Under the pieces are notes generated by a model that was not told the origin of the DNA, ran no database searches, and saw nothing but the letters and a program-made list of their open reading frames with translations. A stretch of DNA of 64,000 nt from Gemmatimonadota bacterium. Lineage in GTDB: Bacteria; Gemmatimonadota; Gemmatimonadetes; Gemmatimonadales; GWC2-71-9. The stretch covers positions 1-64,000 of the forward strand of contig JBDHAB010000011.1 in the NCBI GenBank assembly GCA_039588295.1, written 5' to 3'. Below are positions 48,840 to 58,332 of the stretch, in pieces (within the stretch, counting starts at the first letter, position 1; each line of letters starts with the position of its first letter). The translations under genes and the position numbers were made by a program.

Positions 48840-48849
48840 CGACCGTCCG

Positions 48850-51333
48850 TCAGGTCGCGGTCACCCCGGCCGCGAGTGTGCCGAACGTTCCATTCGCGCT
48901 GCCCGGTGCCCACACGCCACGCGCGATGTGCTCGCCGAGGGTCCGATATACCTCGAACTGCGCCTCCGTGAAGAACTGGTCGGCGGTAGACTGGTGCGGA
49001 AACGCTGGATTGAGTTGTGCGAACTGGCGCAGGTCCTCGGGCTCGTCGCCGGTCGTCGACGACTTGATATAGAGCAGTTCACCCGTCTGACCGTTCCCGT
49101 ACTCGATGCGTCCCACCGCCCAATGCGCTCGACTTAAGCCGTTCGCGTTCTTCCGCAACGGGTCGAGGTCAATGTCGATCTCGATGCCCAGATCAATTCG
49201 CGCGTAGCGCATCAGAACACTCAAGCTCCCGAACGTCATGTCTGGATCGGCCTCGCCATCCACGGCGATGATCCGCGCGCACCGTCGGCGCAGCAGCTGA
49301 TAGACACCCAGATTCTCGATGTGGCCGCCATCGGACACGTTGACATACGAGCCTCGTGCATGCGTGCTCCCCATCGCTTCCTTCACGAGATAACTCGGGC
49401 CGGCGCCACGGAACACACGATTGTACCAGTGCCGACCTTCCACGCCGGCGGGGTTCGGCAGCCAATACCCGAGGCGGATGTTGAGCAGCGTCATCAGAAA
49501 GACGAGCTGCCCCATGGTAACCGTCCCCATATTCGGCGCGGCAGCAGCCGCGGAGATCGCCATCGCCGTGCCTAGGTCCAGGTGACGGTCGACCTCCTCC
49601 ATCCGACCGGTGGGGCACCAGCCCGTCCGCTCGCTGCCAACGAAGTGTTTGCTGAACACGAAGAAGTCGGCGTTCCGGCCACGAAGGTTGGGATCGCCGC
49701 TGCCCTTGAGGTTGAGCGCCGCGTTGATGAGATGGTACGGGGCCGCTGACCCCTCAACATTGAGACTGGAGAGCTTCTGCTCATCGTTCGGCACGATCGC
49801 GCCGTCACGTTGCCGGATCAGGAACACCCGACTCAGCCGATCACGGTAGAACACGTGAGGTGACGTGAGATTGATGTCGAGGAAACGGACGTTGAACCAC
49901 AACAGCAGCACACCGACGACCAGAAACACGACACCCCTGGGATCTACCAGCGGCGGAACGACGTGCAAGTAAGCCTCGCTTTCAGTCGTATCCCGGACGG
50001 TTACGACGTACCAGCGACCCACGAGCGCGTTCAGGGCACGGTCGATCGGACCGACGGATTGGCCTCGCGGCGGCGCGTTGATATCCCAACGCCGGCCTGG
50101 CTGTTCGACGGACACCGTGACGGTCTGCGCCGCCAACTCATCTCCTGCATTCGTGAACGCGTCGGCGAGGGACTTGGGGACTCTTCCCATGTTCAGCGTG
50201 TCGACCGTCGCCGAATCGGAGATGCTCCCAGCAGATGGCACCTCGAACGCGGGGTTGATCTGCCACAGGCAGAGCAGCAGGTAGGTCACGAATACCACTG
50301 CTGGACCGGCCAGCCCGAGGAGCAGGGTACCGAGCCAGCGAAACAGCGCGGCGACGACGGCCGAGACCTGTCCGGCAACCACGAGGGCCACTGCGGCGAC
50401 GACGACGCCGAGTCCTCCCAGCAGACCGTAGCTGAGCGGATTGAGAGGGCTCGATACGATGTTAGCCCACAGTTGGGCCGCCGTGTCCTCCACTGCGAGG
50501 TCGACGAGCCGAAGCAGGGGGATCAAAACGAGCACTGCGATCGAAACCAGGAACGCCGCGGCCAAGACCCGTTCGTACGTGTTTCGGTGCTGCCAGCGGA
50601 ACCGAGTGCGGAAGAACTTCGTCACGAACGGGAACGTGACCACCATGACGGTGAACGCGCCCACCACGACAAGTAGTGGTGCGACCCAGGACGCCTGCTT
50701 GGGATCGACGCCGAACCACCCGCGTATCGCGTTCAGCAACAGATAGTACAGTTCCAACTCATGGGCGAGTGCGGTCAAGAACACTGCGATGAACACGTAC
50801 GGGAGAATGAACACGAAATTGAGGACAATCCCGCGCAGCACCACGGTCGGGAGGCGGAGCTTGTCGAGGAATCCACCCGGGCTCAGATAATTGCTGCCGT
50901 TGCGCAAATGTCGAAGGGGTGGGGGTTCTTCCGCGCCCGGCTCTTTGCGCAGCGGGAAGCGGTGCGCCTCCGGCCCCGTTCGACCATCGGGCTCGTTGAG
51001 CAGCGAGCTCAGCGCCGACCCGAGATACCCGCCGCCCGAGACCGTCGAGAGGTAATCGACCTTTCGCAGCACGCCGCGCTTCGCGAGTTCCTGGACGACG
51101 CCGAGACTGAGCGCGGCGGAACGAATGCCACCACCCGACAGTGCGAGGCCCAGGAGATCGAGCCCTGCTGCCGGAGCGCCGACGTGCTTCTCCGGCGGCT
51201 CGGCGTCGAGGCCGGCCACACGCCGGCGGCAAGCGATCTCCTCCAGCTCGGCGGGGAACACTGTACCGTCGAATGCACGCTGCGTATCCTCGGGAGACTG
51301 AATCGCCACCCGACGGGACAACCGTGGACCCAT
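48850..51333 (-). CDS. Membrane-embedded patatin/cPLA2-like phospholipase
   Basis: GLALSGGGIRSA oxyanion motif; YLSTVSGG nucleophile Ser; about 7 TM; AMAISAAA; SDGGHIENLG catalytic Asp; FPHQSTADQFFTEAQFEVYR. Confidence 0.9.
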   Translation of the reverse strand: MGPRLSRRVAIQSPEDTQRAFDGTVFPAELEEIACRRRVAGLDAEPPEKHVGAPAAGLDLLGLALSGGGIRSAALSLGVVQELAKRGVLRKVDYLSTVSGGGYLGSALSSLLNEPDGRTGPEAHRFPLRKEPGAEEPPPLRHLRNGSNYLSPGGFLDKLRLPTVVLRGIVLNFVFILPYVFIAVFLTALAHELELYYLLLNAIRGWFGVDPKQASWVAPLLVVVGAFTVMVVTFPFVTKFFRTRFRWQHRNTYERVLAAAFLVSIAVLVLIPLLRLVDLAVEDTAAQLWANIVSSPLNPLSYGLLGGLGVVVAAVALVVAGQVSAVVAALFRWLGTLLLGLAGPAVVFVTYLLLCLWQINPAFEVPSAGSISDSATVDTLNMGRVPKSLADAFTNAGDELAAQTVTVSVEQPGRRWDINAPPRGQSVGPIDRALNALVGRWYVVTVRDTTESEAYLHVVPPLVDPRGVVFLVVGVLLLWFNVRFLDINLTSPHVFYRDRLSRVFLIRQRDGAIVPNDEQKLSSLNVEGSAAPYHLINAALNLKGSGDPNLRGRNADFFVFSKHFVGSERTGWCPTGRMEEVDRHLDLGTAMAISAAAAAPNMGTVTMGQLVFLMTLLNIRLGYWLPNPAGVEGRHWYNRVFRGAGPSYLVKEAMGSTHARGSYVNVSDGGHIENLGVYQLLRRRCARIIAVDGEADPDMTFGSLSVLMRYARIDLGIEIDIDLDPLRKNANGLSRAHWAVGRIEYGNGQTGELLYIKSSTTGDEPEDLRQFAQLNPAFPHQSTADQFFTEAQFEVYRTLGEHIARGVWAPGSANGTFGTLAAGVTAT

Positions 51334-51339
51334 TACCGG

Positions 51340-52167
51340 TTAGCTCGCGCCCCGCGGAACCTGGCAGCCGTGCACGAAGTCCAGCACTCGGCCGGCGAAC
51401 GATGAGCCCAAGGGATCGCCGCAGTGCCCGACCATCTGAAACGCCACCCAGTAGGCAACGAAGATCCCGGCACCGGCGAGCACACCCAGAAGGATCAACC
51501 GGTCAACTCGGGCCCGTTCCGCACGCACGCCGATCCACACGAGCGGCAGGCAGCAAAGGAACTCGCCCACGATGATGTACCACGGCGCGTTCTTCACCGC
51601 CATCGGTACGTGCACATAGATCCACCACTCCGCCCAGCGAGCGATCATCTCGTACACCGGGATGTTGATGCCGCCAATGAGGGCAGTGATAAGGGTCGCT
51701 TTGACCATCCCCAGACGGCCACGTAGCCACACGCCAAGCGCCATGATCTGCACCAGGACGCCAGCCCAGGCCAGTGGCATGTACGCGGGCGACTTCCAGA
51801 TCTTGGGCATCTCGCCGTAGATCAGATTCCCCGTCTGCACTCCGTCGAGGATCGGACCGGCCCGCATGACCAGCCACCAATCGGCAACGAGCTCGACGAA
51901 GCCCGCCACCACGACCACCACCAGCCAGCGGAGCAACTTCCAGTCGCGATAGCGCGCGGTGTACGCCGCGTACAGCGACAGGTTGAGGGCGACGGCGAAG
52001 ACCGCCGACTTCCACCACTTGGTCGAAGGAATGAGGCTGGCCGAAATGTTCACGAAGAGCAACACGCCAATGGTGAACAGCACGAACTTGATTCGCCGTG
52101 CGTCGTTTTCGGCCTCGAGTGTCAGCGGATCGGGCGCGAGGTCGGCCCGCGTGGCGTCCGTCGTCAT
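51340..52167 (-). CDS. DUF6989-like multi-TM membrane protein
   Basis: About 7 TM; AGFVELVADWWLV...LIY...SPAYMPLAW; YE...A.WW.Y...PWYII.GE motifs. Confidence 0.7.
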   Translation of the reverse strand: MTTDATRADLAPDPLTLEAENDARRIKFVLFTIGVLLFVNISASLIPSTKWWKSAVFAVALNLSLYAAYTARYRDWKLLRWLVVVVVAGFVELVADWWLVMRAGPILDGVQTGNLIYGEMPKIWKSPAYMPLAWAGVLVQIMALGVWLRGRLGMVKATLITALIGGINIPVYEMIARWAEWWIYVHVPMAVKNAPWYIIVGEFLCCLPLVWIGVRAERARVDRLILLGVLAGAGIFVAYWVAFQMVGHCGDPLGSSFAGRVLDFVHGCQVPRGAS

Positions 52168-53153
52168 CGTGAGCCTCCCTCTGCGTCCAACCGACAGCGT
52201 GCACTCACCGCACAGGACACCCAGAGTCCGTCACCCTGCGGGCCGTACACCCATTGGGCTCGTGAGTAGTTCGCCCAGATCGGTGGCGTACCCAGGCGCC
52301 AGGGGTCGTCCGTCTCGAACGAGACCGGGCGGATGCGTGCGTCTGAGCCATCTCCGGCGACGATGATGGCGCGAGCCGTCCCGTCCTCGGGATTCAGACC
52401 ATCGATCCAGAGGTAGTTCATGCCGGGAAAGAGTCCGAGCGGTGGGTAGCCCGCGGGGTCCGCGGGATCCACCCAGATCCGAGCGACGATACGACCCGTC
52501 CGTCCTCGACCCAGCGTGGCTGGCACGAGCACCACCGAATCGTTGAGGTATGCGTGCGGCTCAGGCCACACGCGCGCCAGCGGTCCTGGCCCGTCAGCCA
52601 CGGTGAGCCGGTGCTCATCGGCGGGCGCCCCGTCTTCCTCGGCGAACAGCTGCTGGCCGTACGACGCGGCTGCGGTCCACTGCACCGGATCGCTGGCGTC
52701 CATCACGGCGTTGGGATTGAAGCGGTCGTCCACGACGCCCCACTTCGTCCACGGCGGGCGAGGCGCGGGCGCCGTACCATTACCGATCAACCGACCGTGA
52801 AACCCGACACCGATGGCGGTGATCGCGATCAGCGACACTCCGGATTCGAGTCCGCCGCCGACCATTCCAATCATCACCAACGCAATGACGACGGACGCGA
52901 GTCCCTGCGAACCGCTGACGATGCCAACAGTCAACCCCGTCAACAATCCCACCACCACCGTGCGGTGGGTCGGACGGGGCGACGATCGGTCCCGCACGAG
53001 TCCCACGACCACGACGGCCGCAGACAGGATCCAGCAAAGATGAGCGAGAGGAAAGGGGCGCAGCGGCCCGGCGAGAAGGTGGGGCACCGTCGCAATGACA
53101 ACATTACCCCATGCAACTAATAGCACGACGTGCGGAAACGACATGCGTCTCAC
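52164..53153 (-). CDS. Hypothetical protein: N-terminal TM helices plus a soluble Trp/Cys-containing C-terminal domain
   Basis: GGAGG RBS before GTG; 4-5 hydrophobic helices; ATGA overlap with the downstream gene. Confidence 0.7.
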   Translation of the reverse strand: MRRMSFPHVVLLVAWGNVVIATVPHLLAGPLRPFPLAHLCWILSAAVVVVGLVRDRSSPRPTHRTVVVGLLTGLTVGIVSGSQGLASVVIALVMIGMVGGGLESGVSLIAITAIGVGFHGRLIGNGTAPAPRPPWTKWGVVDDRFNPNAVMDASDPVQWTAAASYGQQLFAEEDGAPADEHRLTVADGPGPLARVWPEPHAYLNDSVVLVPATLGRGRTGRIVARIWVDPADPAGYPPLGLFPGMNYLWIDGLNPEDGTARAIIVAGDGSDARIRPVSFETDDPWRLGTPPIWANYSRAQWVYGPQGDGLWVSCAVSARCRLDAEGGSR

Positions 53154-53351
53154 ATTGGCCTCCCGTGAGGGTCCGGGCCACGTCCCGGATGCCGGGCATC
53201 GTGGCGGCAGCTCCGGTCCCCGAGAGGGACCGGGAGGCTGGACAGGCAATGATGTCATTCGAACAGCCCTCGCGCTAGGTCCTGTTGCCGCGCATATTGC
53301 GTGGTCGCATTACCCTCCTCCCGATGACTGGTCCGAACAAAGGAGACTGGC

Positions 53352-55904
53352 ATGGGTGACGTGTTCGCAGCCGTTCCCCACCGCACGCTCGTGAAGCTCA
53401 CTGCAATGCTCGTCATGGTCACACCGGCGGTCGTAGCCCAGGAACCGGGTTCGATCGTTGGCACGGTGCGCCGCGCGGATGACGCGAGTCCACTTCGTGG
53501 CGTGCTCGTGGTGGTTGCGGGCTCCGGCATCCGAACGTTCACTGGCGGGAACGGACAGTTCGCGCTGCTTCGTGTCCCCGCCGGCCAGCAGACGGTGCGG
53601 TTTCAGTGGCCCGGGTATCGACCGCACGAGGAATCCATCACGGTCACCACAGGCGGGACGGTGACCGTGGACGCCGTGATCGCGTTCCAGCCGGTGCTGT
53701 TGAGCGAGTTCGTGGTGACCGCGCCGTCCCGCGCGCCCGAGCGCGTGGTCGAAGCGCCCGCCGCGGTCTCGATCGTGGAACCGATCGTGGCGCGGGATCT
53801 CTCGAGCACCGCGCAGGTGCCGCTCGCCCTCGCCAAGCTCCCTGGTGTCGATGTGGTGCAGAACGGGGTAAACGACTTCAACCTCAACACCCGCGGCTTC
53901 AATACCTCGCTCAACCGGCGCGTGCTCGTGCTGCAGGACGGTCGCGACGTCGCCATCGCCTTCCTCGGATCGCAGGAGTGGAACGCGTTCTCACTGCCGC
54001 TCGAGGACATGGGCCGGATCGAATTTGTGCGAGGCCCGGGCTCGGCACTGTACGGCGCGAACTCGCTCACCGGCGTGCTCAACATCACGACGCCGACCGC
54101 GCGCGAGGCCGTGGGCACGAAGCTCTCTCTGGCGGGCGGAGAGCTCAGCACGATCCGCGGCGACCTGAGACATGGTGGGGTAGTCGCCGACGGGCGCGTG
54201 GGCTACCGCCTGAGCGCCGGGTACGCGCGGAGCGAGAGTTGGACTCGATCCCGCACAAATATCGGCGATCTCGCCGCGGAATACAGCGAATCGGCAGATT
54301 CAGTCGAAACGCTGCTCAACACACCCGCGCCGGGGTTCGAACTGCGCCCACTCAACGGCCAGGTCAAAGCGGGACCATTCGGAACACCGGGACCGGTCAC
54401 CGGAGAGCCGGACGACCTGATCAATGTGTATGGAGCCGGGAGGCTGGACGTCTACTTGGACAACGGGTCCGTGGTCACCGCCGAAGGCGGAGCGACCCAC
54501 ATCTTGAATGAGACGCTCGTCACCGGTGCCGGACGTGTTCAGGTCAGCGACGCCTGGCGGCCGTGGGCGCGCATGGCGTGGGCGGCCGACCAGTTCAACA
54601 TCACGGCGTGGTACACGGGCCGGAAATCAAAGAACGGGGCCATCCTCGCCTCCGCTGCACCGATCGACGAGGAGTCGCACGTCCTGCATGCCGAGGCGCA
54701 ATACCACCAGACCTTCCTCGAAGGTCGCGGACGCTTTGTGATCGGTGGCTCAGCGCGCAACAGCCTGATCGACAGCAAACAGACACTGATTGCAGAGGCC
54801 GACGACGATCGGAGCGACTGGTACTTCTCCGGTTACGCCCAAGCCGCATTCTCGGTCAGCCCCCAGCTGCGCCTCGTCGGTGCAGCGCGATACGATGACG
54901 GAGAGCTCTTCAAGGGTCAAGTCTCACCGAAGGCGGCCCTGATTTTCAGTCCGAACCAGCGGCATTCGTTTCGTTTCACGGCCCAGCGGGCGTTCCAGAC
55001 CCCCAATACGCTCGAGTACTTCCTCTCGGTCGTGGCCGGACCGCCGGCGGACTTCAGCCTGCTCGAAGCGGGACTCCGCGCTTCTCCGCTCGGCCCAGCA
55101 CTCACCGGCGTCCCTGACGGGGAACTGTTCACGAACTCGGCTGCGATTCCTGTGCTCGGGCTCGGCAACCCGAACCTCGACGTGGAGCACGCGACAACCC
55201 TCGAGATCGGCTATAAGGGGCAGATCGGGGATCACGTGTTCGTGACGGTCGACGGGTACTACAGCCGGTTCACGAACTTCGTCACCGATCTCCTTCCGGG
55301 CGTCAACCCTACGTACGCGCCCTGGACCGCACCCGCCGCCGTGACCGACCCGGAAGCGCAGGTGGTGGAGACGGCCGTCCGCGACCAACTGTTTGCCGCG
55401 GGCGAGCCGTTGGCCGCGGCCGGGCTGACCCGGCTCCCCGATGGGACCACTGCCATTGTCGTATCGATTGGGAACGCGGGCGAGGCGGACGCGTTCGGCA
55501 TTGAACTGGGCACCGGGGTTTGGCTCACCCACGAGTTGCGGCTCGACGGCTCCTACACCCTGTTCACGTGGGATGTCGACTCCACCACGGTCGTTCCCGG
55601 TGACCAGATTCTCGCCGACACCCCGAAACACAAGGGGAGTGTGGCACTCTCGTACATCGGTGCCAACGGAGTCGACGCGCGGGTGAGCGCCCAGATCGTG
55701 GACGACTATGAATGGGCATCCGGCGTGTTCGCCGGTCGCATTCCGTCACGCCAGACGGTAGACGCCAGCGTCAGCTATCAAATCAGTCGAAACCTCCGCG
55801 TGCATGCGGTGGCCACGAACCTGCTGGACCAGCGGCGTTATCAGCTGTACGGCGGGTCGATCGTCGGCCGGCGGATCTTGGGGGGCTTTTCCGTCGTCTA
55901 TTGA
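53352..55904 (+). CDS. TonB-dependent outer-membrane receptor with N-terminal carboxypeptidase-regulatory-like domain
   Basis: Signal peptide; VVTAPSR TonB box; PGVDV...TRGFN...VLQDG...IEFVRGPGSALYGAN..GVLNITT plug; NLLD...GRR...C-terminal Y. Confidence 0.93.
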   Translation: MGDVFAAVPHRTLVKLTAMLVMVTPAVVAQEPGSIVGTVRRADDASPLRGVLVVVAGSGIRTFTGGNGQFALLRVPAGQQTVRFQWPGYRPHEESITVTTGGTVTVDAVIAFQPVLLSEFVVTAPSRAPERVVEAPAAVSIVEPIVARDLSSTAQVPLALAKLPGVDVVQNGVNDFNLNTRGFNTSLNRRVLVLQDGRDVAIAFLGSQEWNAFSLPLEDMGRIEFVRGPGSALYGANSLTGVLNITTPTAREAVGTKLSLAGGELSTIRGDLRHGGVVADGRVGYRLSAGYARSESWTRSRTNIGDLAAEYSESADSVETLLNTPAPGFELRPLNGQVKAGPFGTPGPVTGEPDDLINVYGAGRLDVYLDNGSVVTAEGGATHILNETLVTGAGRVQVSDAWRPWARMAWAADQFNITAWYTGRKSKNGAILASAAPIDEESHVLHAEAQYHQTFLEGRGRFVIGGSARNSLIDSKQTLIAEADDDRSDWYFSGYAQAAFSVSPQLRLVGAARYDDGELFKGQVSPKAALIFSPNQRHSFRFTAQRAFQTPNTLEYFLSVVAGPPADFSLLEAGLRASPLGPALTGVPDGELFTNSAAIPVLGLGNPNLDVEHATTLEIGYKGQIGDHVFVTVDGYYSRFTNFVTDLLPGVNPTYAPWTAPAAVTDPEAQVVETAVRDQLFAAGEPLAAAGLTRLPDGTTAIVVSIGNAGEADAFGIELGTGVWLTHELRLDGSYTLFTWDVDSTTVVPGDQILADTPKHKGSVALSYIGANGVDARVSAQIVDDYEWASGVFAGRIPSRQTVDASVSYQISRNLRVHAVATNLLDQRRYQLYGGSIVGRRILGGFSVVY

Positions 55905-55976
55905 CCCGCGGCGAGGACTCGTAGCAGACCGCACGCGGCGGCTCGAGCAGACTGCGTTCTCTGCCGGACGTGACGC

Positions 55977-58256
55977 CTACAGGCCCAACCGATCCACGAT
56001 TGCCACGAATCGCGGATCGTCTCTCAGCGGGTCGAACGTGGGACGGACGTTGAGCCAAATCAAGTCGGTCGCGTGACGCTCGTGCGCCTCCTGGAGGCGC
56101 GCGACTGCCCGATCGTTCTCGCCGAGCGCGAGCTCGACCTGCGCCAGCAGCACCGGTGACACGTAGCGTTCCTCCGACAGCGTCACGAGCTGCTTCAGCA
56201 TGCGCTCCGCCTGGTCCCGCTTGCCGGAACTGGCGAGGACGTGTGCCAGCGCGGCTTGGGTCTCGCCACTGGCCGACAGCGCCGCCGCACGCTCCAACGC
56301 CGCGGCTGCCTCGTCGTAGCTCCCCTGTTGCTCGAGCGCGAGCCCAAGAAAGTAGTGCGCCATCGCGAAGTGCTCATCCAATCGCAGCGCCTCACGGCTG
56401 GTTGCAACCGTACGCTGAAAGTCACCCTCGTAGTAGCTGAGGGCCGCGAAGCTCACAGCGATACTCAGTGACAACGGGTCGAGCACCTGTGCCCGTCGAA
56501 GCTCCTGGTGTCCCGCCGTGAACCGTTGGAGTGGAGTCAGGTGATTGATCGCGTACCATTGATGGCCGGTCGGATACTGTGGGTTCACGGCGATAGCCCG
56601 GGTGAAATGCTCTTCCGCCGCCCGCCAGTCCCACTCGTAGATGGCGAATACGCAGGCGCGGGCCGTAAGCGCCTCGGCCAGCGCATGGTCGATCGCGAGC
56701 GCGCGATCCGCGCTGGCCTTGGCGGCCGGCATCACCTCATCTGGCGCGGCGGTGCCGTACAGACCGAGCGTGACATAGGCATCGGCCAGTGCCGCGTGGG
56801 CGAGTGCGAAATTGACATCGTCTTCGACGGCCCCCTTGAGGCACTCCACACTCTGCCAGAGGCCCGATTCAGTGCGCATGTTCCAGTAGTACCTCCCGCG
56901 GAGGTACTGCTCGTAGGTGGCGAAGCCTCGCGTTTGCTGTGGCCGCGAACCCGGCGCAGGCGGCGGTGCGCTGACTGCCGCTCCGTCGGCGCTCAACAGG
57001 TCGTTGAGCGTCGCAGCGATGGCGGCGGTGATCTCGTCCTGTATCGTCAAGAGGTCATCCACCTGCCGGTCATAGCGTTCCGACCAGAGCTGATACCCGT
57101 CTCCCACGTCGATCAGCTGGGCCGTTACCCGGATCTTGTCGCCGGTCCGCCGGACGCTCCCTTCGACAACCCGGCGGACGTTGAGCCGCTCACCGATCGC
57201 GCGCACGTCGAGGTTCGAGCCCTTGAAGGCGAACGCGGACGTCCTCGCCACGACCCGCAGAGCACCGGTCCGCGCAAGCACGTGGATGAGCTCCTCACTG
57301 ATGCCGTCACCGAGATACTCGTCGAGGGCGTCGGGGCTCATGCTCACGAACGGGAGCACGGCGACCGAGTTCACGGGAGTCTCGATGCGCGGTGGCTGCA
57401 CGCTCCAGGTGGCAGAGGTCTGGTCGCGGTCCGGGGCGAGCGCTTCCACGAACTGCTGCACCGTGGCGAACCGCTCCGCCGGGGCGCTGGCGAGCGCCCG
57501 TCCAATCACGTGCTCGATTCGGCCCGGCACGGTATCGGGGGCCACGCGGAGCCGCGGGACGGTCCCCATCGCCTTCTGGGCGAAGATCGCCATCGCTGAG
57601 GGACCCTGGAACGCCGCTTCGCCAGCCAGCATCTCGTACAGGACACATCCGAGGCTGTAGAGGTCGCTGCGGCCGTCGACGTCCTGCCCCCACGCCTGCT
57701 CCGGGCTCATATAGACCGGCGTCCCGATGGCGAGCCCTGTCTGGGTGAGCTTGTCACCCCCCGCCGCATCGACCGCTCGTGCAATGCCGAAGTCGACGAC
57801 GACGGCGTGGCCGCTCTCCAGGAGAATGTTCTCGGGTTTGACATCCCGATGGATCACTCCGCGCGTGTGTGCGTAGCTCAAGGCGTCCGCAACATTGCGC
57901 GTGATCTGCAACGCTTCGGCCAATCGGAGCCGCTGCTCGCGATCCAGCCGGTCGCGCAGCGGCTCGCCTTCAACGTACGGCATTACGTAGAAGACGAAAT
58001 CGTCCGCCTCTCCGGAATCGTAGAGCGGCAGGATGTGGGGGTGGCGCAGGTTCGCGGTCGTGGTGATCTCTCGCAAGAACCGCTCGTGGCCAAGTGCGGC
58101 CGCGAGCTCCGGCTTGAGGACCTTCACCGCGACCTTGCGTTGGTGCTTGATGTCCTCGGCGAGATAGACCGTAGCCATACCTCCTGCCCCGAGCTGCTTC
58201 TCGATGGCGTAGCGGTCGGCGAGGGCGGCTGTCAGACGCTCGAGCTGGTCAGACAT
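55977..58256 (-). CDS. Hanks-type Ser/Thr kinase with TolB-like and TPR domains
   Basis: GAGGMATVY, HRDVKPEN, DFG, GTPVYMSPE; SVAVLPFVSMS...GISEELI; TPRs; FDPLRDDPRF tail. Confidence 0.95.
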   Translation of the reverse strand: MSDQLERLTAALADRYAIEKQLGAGGMATVYLAEDIKHQRKVAVKVLKPELAAALGHERFLREITTTANLRHPHILPLYDSGEADDFVFYVMPYVEGEPLRDRLDREQRLRLAEALQITRNVADALSYAHTRGVIHRDVKPENILLESGHAVVVDFGIARAVDAAGGDKLTQTGLAIGTPVYMSPEQAWGQDVDGRSDLYSLGCVLYEMLAGEAAFQGPSAMAIFAQKAMGTVPRLRVAPDTVPGRIEHVIGRALASAPAERFATVQQFVEALAPDRDQTSATWSVQPPRIETPVNSVAVLPFVSMSPDALDEYLGDGISEELIHVLARTGALRVVARTSAFAFKGSNLDVRAIGERLNVRRVVEGSVRRTGDKIRVTAQLIDVGDGYQLWSERYDRQVDDLLTIQDEITAAIAATLNDLLSADGAAVSAPPPAPGSRPQQTRGFATYEQYLRGRYYWNMRTESGLWQSVECLKGAVEDDVNFALAHAALADAYVTLGLYGTAAPDEVMPAAKASADRALAIDHALAEALTARACVFAIYEWDWRAAEEHFTRAIAVNPQYPTGHQWYAINHLTPLQRFTAGHQELRRAQVLDPLSLSIAVSFAALSYYEGDFQRTVATSREALRLDEHFAMAHYFLGLALEQQGSYDEAAAALERAAALSASGETQAALAHVLASSGKRDQAERMLKQLVTLSEERYVSPVLLAQVELALGENDRAVARLQEAHERHATDLIWLNVRPTFDPLRDDPRFVAIVDRLGL

Positions 58257-58332
58257 AATACGAGGAGGCAAAGATGTGTCCAGGTTCTCACGGCCGCGAG
58301 TGCACCACGCATTGACACCACCCCGCGAGGAT

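Noticed and set aside
48850..51333. Patatin as a CBASS CapV effector
   Set aside because: No CD-NTase nearby, and the multi-TM GGGIRSA/STVSGG architecture differs from CapV.
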